Below, piece by piece: positions 46,261-55,356 of a DNA stretch of 64,000 nucleotides. A program made the translations under genes and the position numbers. The stretch is from positions 225,710 through 289,709 of the forward strand of contig JACPTS010000001.1 of assembly GCA_016192685.1 (NCBI GenBank), read 5' to 3'. A model generated the notes under the pieces. That model made no database searches and was not told the origin of the DNA. It saw only the letters and a list, made by a program, of their open reading frames with translations. Within the stretch, counting starts at the first letter, position 1; each line of letters opens with the position of its first letter. This stretch comes from Candidatus Harrisonbacteria bacterium. Its GTDB lineage: Bacteria > Patescibacteriota > Minisyncoccia > UBA6257 > 02-FULL-45-10c.

Positions 46261-47115
46261 TTATAATCTCTCAACCAAACTTTTAAAACCTAAGCCGTCA
46301 AAATATTTTTTGAGTTCTTCTTTGTCTAGCGTCTCTTGTTTTAAGTCGACCAATGTCAATTCTAATGACACATCACGTTTTATCATTGCCAATTTTTTAG
46401 AAAGAAAAGCGGATTCCCGTCCGGATTCCAATTTTTTCCGCAGAACTTCTTTTGGGATTAATCCGACCTCTTCATAAATTTTCTCAACACTTCCATATTC
46501 TTTAATTAAATCCGTAGCGCCTTTCGGGCCGATGCCGGTCACGCCCGGGATATTATCCGATGCGTCGCCTACCAATGCCTTATAATCCACCAACTGCTCC
46601 GGCGAAAAACCATATTGCTGTAAAAATAATGCCTTATCATAAGTGATTGTTTTGCTGACGCCGGTTTTTAAAAGTTCCACAAAAACTTTATCATCAACTA
46701 ATTGAAGATTATCTTTATCGCCGGAAAAGATTACCACTTTTACATCCGGCTCATTTTTGAATTTTTCGGCCAAAGTTCCAACAATGTCGTCTGCTTCAAA
46801 ACCGGCTTTTTCCACTACTTTAATCCCGAATTTTTGAAATGTTTCATGCGCTTCATGGAGCTGGGAAATCAATTCATTGGCAGTCGGCGGACGATGCGCT
46901 TTATATTCTTTAAACATTTCATCCCGAAAAGTCGGCTCTGGCCGGTCAAAAGCCGCTGCCACATAATCCGGCTGATGCTCCCGCAAAATTTTTAAAAGAA
47001 TACTAGAAAGCCCGTACACCGCGTTAATCGGCTCGCCTTTTGGAGTAGTCAACGGCGGAAGCGCGTGAAACGAACGGTGAATCAAAGAATTGGCGTCAAT
47101 TAAAAGTAGTTTCAT
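46261..47115 (-). CDS. 5'-3' exonuclease (FEN-like, stand-alone PolA N-terminal domain homolog)
   Basis: LLLIDANSLIHRSFHA..., FEADDIVGTLA and SGDKDNLQLV motifs. Confidence 0.85.
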   Translation of the reverse strand: MKLLLIDANSLIHRSFHALPPLTTPKGEPINAVYGLSSILLKILREHQPDYVAAAFDRPEPTFRDEMFKEYKAHRPPTANELISQLHEAHETFQKFGIKVVEKAGFEADDIVGTLAEKFKNEPDVKVVIFSGDKDNLQLVDDKVFVELLKTGVSKTITYDKALFLQQYGFSPEQLVDYKALVGDASDNIPGVTGIGPKGATDLIKEYGSVEKIYEEVGLIPKEVLRKKLESGRESAFLSKKLAMIKRDVSLELTLVDLKQETLDKEELKKYFDGLGFKSLVERL

Positions 47116-47118
47116 GTT

Positions 47119-47592
47119 TCAAGTTTTATGTTTTACTCTAATTATACGCTCTTTTTCATTTTTCCCATGCTCAAAATTTATCCAAATGGTGTTTTTTGGT
47201 AAAAGTTTTTTAATTCTTTCAGGCCATTCAATTAAAACTATTGCGTGCGGGTCTTGAAGAGTTTTTTTAAAACCTAAATCCAAAAGTTCTTTTGGTTTAT
47301 GAATCCTATATAAGTCTAAATGGTAGGCGTGGTGGTAATGGGGGCGATTTTTTTTAAGGGGAGTAGAAATTTCATATTTCCGGATAATTAAAAAAGTGGG
47401 GCTGGTAACGCGATGCTTTACCTCAAGCGCTTTCATAAATCCTTGGACAAAAGTGGTTTTGCCGGCGCCAAGATCACCATGTAACGCAATTATTGTAGCC
47501 CTTCGACTTTGCTCAGGGCGGCGCGCCTTTAATATTTTATTTACTAGGCGCGCCGCGAATTTTTGGGTTTGGGTTTTGGACTTACTAAGCAT
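47119..47592 (-). CDS. tsaE: tRNA threonylcarbamoyladenosine biosynthesis protein TsaE
   Basis: P-loop LHGDLGAGKTTFVQG. 157 aa. Confidence 0.8.
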   Translation of the reverse strand: MLSKSKTQTQKFAARLVNKILKARRPEQSRRATIIALHGDLGAGKTTFVQGFMKALEVKHRVTSPTFLIIRKYEISTPLKKNRPHYHHAYHLDLYRIHKPKELLDLGFKKTLQDPHAIVLIEWPERIKKLLPKNTIWINFEHGKNEKERIIRVKHKT

Positions 47593-47599
47593 AAAGGTG

Positions 47600-47641
47600 G
47601 TTTATCCAGTTATCAAGCTCGAGCTTGATAACTGGATAAAC
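47600..47641. repeat. 42-bp perfect palindrome, copy 3
   Basis: gtttatccagttatcaagctcgagcttgataactggataaac. It lies 8 bp upstream of the tsaE start codon. Confidence 0.9.
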
Positions 47642-47759
47642 TAAAATAATTTTATCTCTAGTTTTTTCTCCAGCTGCAAAATAATATACAAACCGAGCGC
47701 GGCTAAAATCACCGATACAAAAAAATCGGTAATAAGAAAATTATAAAAATCGGAACCCA

Positions 47760-48083
47760 TTAATATCTTAAATTGGCCAATTCTTCCAGTTGATCCAAAA
47801 ATTTATTAAGTTGGTCTTTTAATTGACCGTCGGGGTAACGGAGAGGCGGCCTAATCAGTTTTGGCTGTTTTTCGGGGCGACTATTCTGATAACCGGAATA
47901 AACTGAATAAATTTGCGCCGATAAATTATTGGCGCGCGCGGAAAACGCGGCAATTTGCGGCCCATGGTCAGAAATAAAAACTATCCCGACCAGAAACAGG
48001 CTGGCGGCCATGCTCAAAAATACTAAACCATTGGCGAATAATTCATGGAGGCCGTCAAATTTTAAATGGCTAATTTTTTTCAT
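47760..48083 (-). CDS. hypothetical small membrane protein (107 aa)
   Basis: One central TM helix. It abuts ruvB. Confidence 0.3.
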   Translation of the reverse strand: MKKISHLKFDGLHELFANGLVFLSMAASLFLVGIVFISDHGPQIAAFSARANNLSAQIYSVYSGYQNSRPEKQPKLIRPPLRYPDGQLKDQLNKFLDQLEELANLRY

Positions 48084-49093
48084 TATAATAAACCGCCTTC
48101 TTCCGATGAACGGAATCCTAAATGCTTATAAGCCGCCGGGGTGACCAACCGGCCGGCTGGCGTACGATTAAGCATCCCAACAGTCATTAAATATGGCTCA
48201 TAAACTTCTTCAATAATTCCTTGGTCATCATTAAGCGCGGCGGCTAAAGTCTGAATGCCGACCGGCCCGCCATGGAATTTTTCAATAATAATTTTCAGAA
48301 GCTGGCGGTCGGTTGGTTCCAGCCCCAAATGGTCAATTTCCAGCATTTCCAGAGTGGCTTTAGCCGCCGCCTCGGAAACTTTTTCTAAATTATTAACGTC
48401 GGTATAATCACGGACCCGCCGCAAAAGCCGATTAGCCGCCCGCGGAGTAAACCGGGAAGCCGCGGCAATAACCGCCACTGCTCCGCTATCAATATTTAAT
48501 CCTAATAATTTAGCCGAGCGCCTGATAATCGCTTCAATGTCCGCAACCTCGTAATAATCCAGCTTAAAAGAAGCCCCGAAGCGGGAACGAAGCGGCCCGG
48601 AAAGCAAATTGGCGCGGGTAGTGGCGGCCACCAAAGTAAATGGCGGCAAATCTAAAGAAAGAGTGCGGGCACCCGGACCTTTCCCAACTATCAAGTGAAG
48701 TTTTCGGCTCTCCAGCGCTGGATAAAGCACTTCCTCAATTTGCCGGTTCAAGCGGTGCGCCTCGTCAATAAATAAAACTTCTCCTTTTTCCAGATTGCTT
48801 AAAATCGCCGCGAGGTCGCCCATTTTTTCCAGCGCCGGACCGGAAGTAACTTTAAATCCAGAACCCATTTCTTTGGCTACCAAGTGCGCGAGAGTGGTTT
48901 TCCCAAGGCCGGCCTGACCGTAAAACAAGAGGTGGTCGCACGGTTCGCCTCGTTTTTTAGCCGCATCCAAAATCACCCGTAAATTTCTTTTTACTTTTTC
49001 CTGGCCCACATAATCCGGCCAGCTGGTCGGCCGAAGCGCTAAGTCAATATGCTGGTCTTCCTCAACTTTTTTAATAATTTTTTTTAACTCCAT
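48083..49093 (-). CDS. ruvB: Holliday junction DNA helicase RuvB
   Basis: Walker A GQAGLGKTTLA, Walker B LFIDEAHRL and sensor motifs. 336 aa. Confidence 0.9.
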   Translation of the reverse strand: MELKKIIKKVEEDQHIDLALRPTSWPDYVGQEKVKRNLRVILDAAKKRGEPCDHLLFYGQAGLGKTTLAHLVAKEMGSGFKVTSGPALEKMGDLAAILSNLEKGEVLFIDEAHRLNRQIEEVLYPALESRKLHLIVGKGPGARTLSLDLPPFTLVAATTRANLLSGPLRSRFGASFKLDYYEVADIEAIIRRSAKLLGLNIDSGAVAVIAAASRFTPRAANRLLRRVRDYTDVNNLEKVSEAAAKATLEMLEIDHLGLEPTDRQLLKIIIEKFHGGPVGIQTLAAALNDDQGIIEEVYEPYLMTVGMLNRTPAGRLVTPAAYKHLGFRSSEEGGLL

Positions 49094-49410
49094 GCTATTG
49101 ACAATGCTATTTTTTTATGCTATACTATTAATAATTGATAATTTTAAAAGCAGTTTGTTGGTTATATATTAACAGCGAACTCATTAGAAAGCTATTCTAT
49201 ATAGAAAGCTTTGTTCTGTGGGCGGGAATTGATTCTTGATCGGTGGCTTGGCTCAGGCGAGGCCACGCGTCAGAACAATTCTAACCTTTTTAAAATTTAT
49301 TTTAAAAAGTTCCACTTTTTCCCTTACGGGATATTTGCCCACAGAACAAAACTCTCTATCGCTTGTCTTATTGTCTACAAGAACCGGCATTCGCCGGCTC
49401 TTTCATATTA

Positions 49411-51078
49411 TTATAAATTGATCAGTCCGGTTAATTTCTCCACTTCCTCCAAGGTAGTAATGCCGCTGGCGACCTTTAATAATCCGTCCTGCTGCATAGT
49501 TACCATTCCTTCTTTAAGGGCAAACTCCTGAATTTCAATTTCGCCGGCTTGGACATTCATTAATTTCTCAATTTCTTTCGTCACTTGAAGAAGTTCATAA
49601 ATAGCTATCCTTCCCTGGTAGCCGGAATCACCGCATTTTTTGCAGCCCCTTGGTTTAAAAACCGTAATTTTCCCGTAATCTTTTTTTGCCACTCTTTCCG
49701 GCAGAGCTTTTACTAATTTTTCCAATCTGGATTTTATTTGTTCCGCCGATTTATCAATTGTTTTACAATTTTCGCAAAGCCGTTTTACCAAGCGCTGGGC
49801 AATAATTAAATTCAGCGCCGGGCCAATGCTGGTCGGCTTTACCCCAAGGTCAATCAGCCGAGGAATAGCTCCGGCGGCCTGATTGGCATGGACCGTGGAA
49901 AAAACCAGGTGGCCGGTCAGCGCCGCCTGAATCGCAATTTCCGCGGTTTCTTTGTCCCGCACCTCTCCGATTAAAATCACATCCGGATCCTGGCGCATCA
50001 GCGACTTTAAGCCGTTCGCAAAAGTATAGTTAGCTTCCGGATCCACTTGGGTCTGTTCAATGCCCTCAACATGATATTCAATTGGGTCTTCAATGGTGAT
50101 AATTTTTATGTCCGGAGAGCTTTTGTGCTTTAAAAAAGCGTAAAGAGTGGTGGTTTTGCCGGAACCGGTCGGGCCGGTATTTAAAATCATGCCGTTCGGC
50201 CGCTTTAATTCCGCCTCAATAATTTTTAAATCGTCTTGGCGGAGCCCCAAATCGGCCAGGCTTAAATTAATAGCGTCCGGGTCTAAAATTCTCATTACAA
50301 TCACTTCGCCGAATTCCGACGGCGCCACCGCCACCCGAATTTCAATTTCTTTTTTACCAAGGCCAATGGTAAAACGGCCGTCCTGAGCCTCATCCCGGAC
50401 ATTTAATTTAAGATTGGAAAGCAATTTTATCCTGGAAGCCAGATGGCTATAAATTACCGGCTTAAGCGTCTCCAAAACATCATGCAAGTCGCCGTCAATC
50501 CGATAACGGATTTTTACCGCGGTTCGCGCCGGCTCAAAATGGATATCGGAAGCGCGATTGGCTAAGGCGCCGGCTAAAATAATTTCTAAAATCTGGGCCG
50601 TCGGGAATTTCTTAAAATCAAAATTTTCTATTTCTTCTTTAATTATCCCAAGCTGAACCAATTTTTTAATTAAGCCTTCCACTCTTTCTTTATCAACATC
50701 AATCCGGCCGGTAATCGGGCCGGTTTTTTTAATTACGTATTTATAAAAAGTCCAGGCTCTATTGAGACTGGCCAGAGAAACTGTAAATATTTTTAATTTT
50801 AGTCCTTTTTTTTGAAGCTCTTCAATGATGGCTTTGGCCTTCGGAGCTTTGGGGTCAAAAGCAACGAGCACTGCCCGATCGCCTTTTTTTTCAATTGCCG
50901 CTACCTGGGCTTTCCTGGCTTTTTCTTCCGAAAGCAACTCCAAAGCGTCAGTCTCTATCGGCTGGGTTAACAAATTAAGGTAAGGCACGCCGGCTTTTAA
51001 GGCCCGCCGTTCAGCGTCCCGCTCTTCTGCTTCTTTCCTAGATTTCTCTAAAATCCCTTTTAAATTATCCTGAGCCAT
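49411..51078 (-). CDS. pilB: type II/IV secretion system ATPase (PilB/GspE family)
   Basis: Walker A GPTGSGKTTTL, Asp box, His box and a tetracysteine C...C...C..C motif. 555 aa. Confidence 0.8.
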   Translation of the reverse strand: MAQDNLKGILEKSRKEAEERDAERRALKAGVPYLNLLTQPIETDALELLSEEKARKAQVAAIEKKGDRAVLVAFDPKAPKAKAIIEELQKKGLKLKIFTVSLASLNRAWTFYKYVIKKTGPITGRIDVDKERVEGLIKKLVQLGIIKEEIENFDFKKFPTAQILEIILAGALANRASDIHFEPARTAVKIRYRIDGDLHDVLETLKPVIYSHLASRIKLLSNLKLNVRDEAQDGRFTIGLGKKEIEIRVAVAPSEFGEVIVMRILDPDAINLSLADLGLRQDDLKIIEAELKRPNGMILNTGPTGSGKTTTLYAFLKHKSSPDIKIITIEDPIEYHVEGIEQTQVDPEANYTFANGLKSLMRQDPDVILIGEVRDKETAEIAIQAALTGHLVFSTVHANQAAGAIPRLIDLGVKPTSIGPALNLIIAQRLVKRLCENCKTIDKSAEQIKSRLEKLVKALPERVAKKDYGKITVFKPRGCKKCGDSGYQGRIAIYELLQVTKEIEKLMNVQAGEIEIQEFALKEGMVTMQQDGLLKVASGITTLEEVEKLTGLINL

Positions 51079-51216
51079 TACTTACAAAATAGACTGCTTT
51101 ATTCCCCCAGACAAGTAAAAATGTGGATAGCCGGGAACGCGCCGAATCGCTTGACCACTATATTATAAATGGGTTAATCTAAACACTAGCATTTAAATTG
51201 ACAACTTAAATAAAGA

Positions 51217-52707
51217 ATGAAATCAAGTTTATTATTCATTTTGATGATGACCGGCGGCTATTCCTTTGCTATAGAAAAAAAGACCAAAGAATTGCCGTTT
51301 TATTTTCCAGAAGGAGTTGTTGTTTCCACCGATCCAGTACAACAAGTGATAGAAAATAGTCGTTATTTTAAAGCGACCAAAAGCCAGTTCCAATCTGACC
51401 GGAATGACACCAGTCCGCTTATCACCGGCAGTGACAGCCTAATTATTGAAACCGAAATTGAAAGCACCAGCGGCGCCTCCAATCGGGACAAGCCAACTAA
51501 AATGAAACTGGTTCTGGACCATTATGTTCGGATGCCGAACAACCGGATTCGGGTAACCTATTTAAATAAACAGTTTTATATCACGGAAGAGCAATTGCAA
51601 GCGGTAATCGCGGATCTGAAAGAAACCGTAATAACCGCCAGAGATAATATTTCCAGCTTTTGGAGCCCAGCCATTGACTTGGCCATTAAACATTGGGCGG
51701 CCAAATTAGCAATTCCGGAAAAAGAATTGTTAAAACTATTAAACCTTCCGGCTCCGGAAAAATCGGATATCACTATCCGGGAATTAAACGGGCTGCCAAG
51801 ACAGAGTCGGCTATCTGACTTTGTTCCTCGCGAACTTCATCTTGGCTATAATACAGAACTTCCCGGCGGCATCCTGGGAGTCACCTGGCTAAATGCGGGG
51901 GTAATTTATTACAATCCCGGCGCGAGAATCCGAGATTATCTGACCCAAAAACCAATGGTGTTAGAGCACGAAATGGTCCATGTCAATATTAATCTTCAGG
52001 AATTGCTTCTGGCGCAGGGATTTGACCCGGAAATAATGGCGAGCATTCCGGAAATGTTTTATCCGGAAAACCAGATTGAACTTCTTCATCACCCCTACAC
52101 CGCGGTAATTCGGGAATTAATCCACAATTATTTTGGCTTTGATTATATTCGGGCCCAAAAAGAAAGTTTTCTTTGGGATTACGAAGGCAGCCTGGAAATT
52201 GACGAAGAAAAATTCCGGGAAAATTCCAAAAGATGGCAGGAAATTAAAGCGGAACTGTTGCCATTTTTCCAAAAGAAAGTGGTGCCGGAATTTTATTCCA
52301 ATACCACTTGGTGGTCAGCCATGAATCAAAAACTCCAGGATAAAAATTCCGTCTTTCATATTGTGATGGCCGCCAATTACAACCTAACCAGATTGGGCGG
52401 AGAAAAAGAAACCCAACGCTGGCTGGAGACTAATGAAAATGAAATTCGGGAAATCGCCGAACGGGCTTATGAGCTAAGCGGAACCCCGCTGGAAAACACC
52501 CAACCGGCAAATAATCGGCTGTCGGCATTGCTTCTAAATGAATATCAGCGCCTGTTTACTGAAAAAGAGCAGGAAAAAATAAATATTTACTTCAACCGGC
52601 ATCCGGAAATGATTGAAAAACTGGTGGAAATGGAAATTCCGGAATTAATTAAATTTTTCCTCCGATTTAAAACTGACCCGGTAAAACCAGAGGAGGGCGT
52701 CCGATGA
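51217..52707 (+). CDS. secreted protein with HEMVH (HExxH) motif, putative zinc metallopeptidase of unknown family
   Basis: Signal peptide MKSSLLFILMMTGGYSFA. VLEHEMVHVNI motif. A 4-nt overlap with the next gene. Confidence 0.4.
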   Translation: MKSSLLFILMMTGGYSFAIEKKTKELPFYFPEGVVVSTDPVQQVIENSRYFKATKSQFQSDRNDTSPLITGSDSLIIETEIESTSGASNRDKPTKMKLVLDHYVRMPNNRIRVTYLNKQFYITEEQLQAVIADLKETVITARDNISSFWSPAIDLAIKHWAAKLAIPEKELLKLLNLPAPEKSDITIRELNGLPRQSRLSDFVPRELHLGYNTELPGGILGVTWLNAGVIYYNPGARIRDYLTQKPMVLEHEMVHVNINLQELLLAQGFDPEIMASIPEMFYPENQIELLHHPYTAVIRELIHNYFGFDYIRAQKESFLWDYEGSLEIDEEKFRENSKRWQEIKAELLPFFQKKVVPEFYSNTTWWSAMNQKLQDKNSVFHIVMAANYNLTRLGGEKETQRWLETNENEIREIAERAYELSGTPLENTQPANNRLSALLLNEYQRLFTEKEQEKINIYFNRHPEMIEKLVEMEIPELIKFFLRFKTDPVKPEEGVR

Positions 52708-54242
52708 AAAGCAAAAACTTAAAATGGTTATTGTTTTTAACCATCGCCTTATCCGGCTGCGCCCATAATTATAAAAATAGCTTTTTGGAAGAGGCCAGAA
52801 AAAAAGGCTGGAGCGAAGGACAGCAAAAAACCGCCCTGGAACATTCCTATCGGCTATTGCTCTTAGAGAAAACCGGGGACGGCGATTACAAAATAAAATA
52901 TTCTGTCTTAACCGCCAAACAGGTAAGAGAAAAAATTGATGAGGCCCTGCTGGGCGTTGATCAGCTTTTAAGTTATAAAAATGAGTCTGATACTAAATTC
53001 GTTAGCCGCTTCGGGCTTAGAAAATCTCTGGAGCATTCCGAGCAGATATTTAAAGTTCAAAGAGACCGCCTGCGGGCGCATGAACTTTACGGCCAATTCT
53101 TAAGTTTAACTAGCGGAGTTCCGGCGGAATATTCTGAAAATCAAATAAGGGAAAAAATAACGGGCTATAATCAGCGAATTTTCATCAGCACTGATTTACC
53201 CAAAGCCTTTCCTTTTCAAATAGAATCAATTGAGTGGGCGAAAAGGCGCGGCGTCTTAAAAGAAATTGAACGCGGCCAATTGTCTCTTTATAGAAAGTTT
53301 GATCGTCAAGAACAAAACTTGGCTAATGCCGACGACCCCAATGACTTAATTTGGAAATCCAAATTAGTTGATTTGGAAATTACCAATTATAAAATTATGG
53401 AGGGTCCGGACGCGGAAAATCCAAAAACTAATTCTGGTAATTATTTAGAGGGCTATCGGATTGTAGGGGACAAAAAAGAAATTTTACCGGCCCTGCGGCT
53501 GTTCTATCCAAACGACGATAATCCGGGAGTGATGCTTTTAGACCTGGACAAAGAAGGCGAGGCGGGATTTGGCGTGCCGGATCTCATAGAACCAATGCAA
53601 GATAATTTAAACATTGAAGAATTATTGCAAGAAAATAATTTACTGGAATTGCTATTTAAGGAAAAGAAAGAGCAAAAACGCGTTCCTCCGAAAACTAAAG
53701 CCCTTTTTGTGGAAATCGCCAGAACCAAAGAAAGCTCCGCCGAACTTTGGGAAACGGCCCCGGATGAAAATGGCTGGCAAGTTCCCATAAAATACCAAAA
53801 TGAATTGAAAAATAATTATAACGTAAGTCTGGTTTTTGCTAAGCCGGAACGAAGCACTGATACGACTAACGGAATTTATAAACAAATAAAATATTTAAAG
53901 AAGGAATGGACGGCTGGACAATACCGCCTGCCATCAATTGGCCGGGTGGTGGAATATTATCAAATGAAACCACTCTACAATAAAAGAAATTTGGTACAAG
54001 CAGAAATAGATCAATTAAACGCTAAAAGGATATCGCTGGTATTTGAAGATGGCGGCGAAGATGGCGGCGTAATTGTTCCGCGGTCAAACAAATTCATTGA
54101 AAATTTGCCGATAATGATTGATTATACCGAAGGAAATAAACGATGGCGAATTAAAAAAGACGACCATAGCAAAGTTTTTAACAAGAGAAAAGAAATTTCT
54201 CGTTCTCTTGAGGAAAAAATCGGTAAGTCTGAAGAAGAGTAA
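52704..54242 (+). CDS. lipoprotein (512 aa), unknown function
   Basis: Lipobox LSGC. Co-transcribed with the HExxH protein. A strong terminator follows. Confidence 0.4.
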   Translation: MKSKNLKWLLFLTIALSGCAHNYKNSFLEEARKKGWSEGQQKTALEHSYRLLLLEKTGDGDYKIKYSVLTAKQVREKIDEALLGVDQLLSYKNESDTKFVSRFGLRKSLEHSEQIFKVQRDRLRAHELYGQFLSLTSGVPAEYSENQIREKITGYNQRIFISTDLPKAFPFQIESIEWAKRRGVLKEIERGQLSLYRKFDRQEQNLANADDPNDLIWKSKLVDLEITNYKIMEGPDAENPKTNSGNYLEGYRIVGDKKEILPALRLFYPNDDNPGVMLLDLDKEGEAGFGVPDLIEPMQDNLNIEELLQENNLLELLFKEKKEQKRVPPKTKALFVEIARTKESSAELWETAPDENGWQVPIKYQNELKNNYNVSLVFAKPERSTDTTNGIYKQIKYLKKEWTAGQYRLPSIGRVVEYYQMKPLYNKRNLVQAEIDQLNAKRISLVFEDGGEDGGVIVPRSNKFIENLPIMIDYTEGNKRWRIKKDDHSKVFNKRKEISRSLEEKIGKSEEE

Positions 54243-54261
54243 ATGGAATAAATTAAAATCT

Positions 54262-54298
54262 ATCCGCGCCCCAGGCGCGGATTTTTTATTTTTTTTAG
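54262..54298 (+). terminator. rho-independent terminator (atccgcgcc-cca-ggcgcggat and a long T-run)
   Basis: A 9-bp GC stem followed by about 15 T. Confidence 0.75.
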
Positions 54299-54325
54299 TG
54301 CTATAATATTAGCATCCATCTGCCT

Positions 54326-54577
54326 ATGTCGGGACATAATAAATGGTCGCAAATCAAAAACCAAAAAGGCGCGGCTGATAAAAAACGCGGCCAGCTTTTT
54401 TCCAAACTTTTAAAAGCTATTTCTGTTGCCGCTAAAAATGAGCCGAATCCCGATTTTAATCCTCGCCTTCGTTCCGCAATTGAAAAAGCTAAAGAAAATA
54501 ATGTTCCAAAAGAAAAAATAGAACGGGCAATCGCCCGGGCAGCCGAAGAAAAAAATTATGATAATACTAGGCATTGA
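54326..54577 (+). CDS. yebC: YebC/PmpR-family protein, N-terminal domain only (truncated; overlaps ruvC start)
   Basis: [29 protein letters not shown]...[25 protein letters not shown] matches the YebC N-terminal domain. It stops after 83 aa, against about 240 aa for full length. Confidence 0.5.
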   Translation: MSGHNKWSQIKNQKGAADKKRGQLFSKLLKAISVAAKNEPNPDFNPRLRSAIEKAKENNVPKEKIERAIARAAEEKNYDNTRH

Positions 54578-55049
54578 CCCGGGCAGCATCAGAATCGGTT
54601 ATGGCCTAATCAAAACTAATGGCGGCCTTTCTGCTCTTGATTACGGCGTAATTGAAATTAAAAGGAAAAACGCGGCGGAATTAATTTTAAAAGCGGCGGA
54701 AGAAATTTCCAAACTGATAAAGAAATACCATCCCGATATGGCGGGAATTGAAAAAATCTATTTTTCCAAAAACGTAAAAACCGGCATTGAAGTTTCTCAA
54801 ACCCGCGGCGCGATTATTTTAGAAATAGCCAGGCAAAAAATTCCCATTAAAGAACTAAGCCCGTCGGAAATTAAATTAGCGGTTACCGGCTATGGCCTGG
54901 CGGACAAAAAAGCAGTGGCAAAAATGACCGCCCGCCTCCTTAGCTTAGAGAAAATAGAGGGATTTGATGACGCGAGCGATGCATTAGCTATTGCCATTGC
55001 CGCCAGCGCCACTAGAACCTATCTTAATAATACCCTTGACGAAAACTAA
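54558..55049 (+). CDS. ruvC: crossover junction endodeoxyribonuclease RuvC
   Basis: [16 protein letters not shown]-terminus plus the conserved acidic residues. 163 aa. Confidence 0.85.
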   Translation: MIILGIDPGSIRIGYGLIKTNGGLSALDYGVIEIKRKNAAELILKAAEEISKLIKKYHPDMAGIEKIYFSKNVKTGIEVSQTRGAIILEIARQKIPIKELSPSEIKLAVTGYGLADKKAVAKMTARLLSLEKIEGFDDASDALAIAIAASATRTYLNNTLDEN

Positions 55050-55128
55050 CTCTAATATATACTTGTTTTTAAATTAAAACGATAAACATTTTTAAAATTA
55101 AAGGTCGTATAATCAAATAATTTTTAAA

Positions 55129-55281
55129 ATGCCAAGAAAGAAAAAAAGTGGCGGCTGGAATGAGGGCGATGATAATGAAGTAAAAGATCCTGCCGAAGAA
55201 AAAACTTCGGAAGATGACGATTCCACTGCTGATTTATTAGAGGAAGAAGAGGACGAAAACGACGATGAAGAAGAATTCTAG
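55129..55281 (+). CDS. small highly acidic protein (50 aa), hypothetical
   Basis: MPRKKKSGGWNEGDDNEVKDPAEEKTSEDDDSTADLLEEEEDENDDEEEF. A TATAAT-like box lies upstream. The clean terminator at 55288-55328 follows. Confidence 0.3.
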   Translation: MPRKKKSGGWNEGDDNEVKDPAEEKTSEDDDSTADLLEEEEDENDDEEEF

Positions 55282-55287
55282 ATTAAT

Positions 55288-55328
55288 GAAAACTCCACGG
55301 ACTTAAATCCGTGGAGTTTTCATTTTAT
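55288..55328 (+). terminator. rho-independent terminator (aaaactccacgga-cttaaa-tccgtggagtttt)
   Basis: A 13-bp stem with a T-run. Confidence 0.7.
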
Positions 55329-55356
55329 CGCGTTAAGAATTATTATTGAAATTAGA

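Noticed and set aside
44136-47641. The 40-bp palindromes as a possible CRISPR array, given the Cas2-like gene nearby
   Set aside because: There are only three copies at irregular spacing (about 650 bp and 2.7 kb) with genes between them. They are perfect palindromes with no spacer periodicity. They are not a CRISPR array.
49211-49531. Track ORF 49211..49531 (+) in the ruvB-pilB gap
   Set aside because: The translation is low-complexity (runs of N/S/K/F). There is no RBS, and it coincides with the long-range paired element. More likely non-coding.
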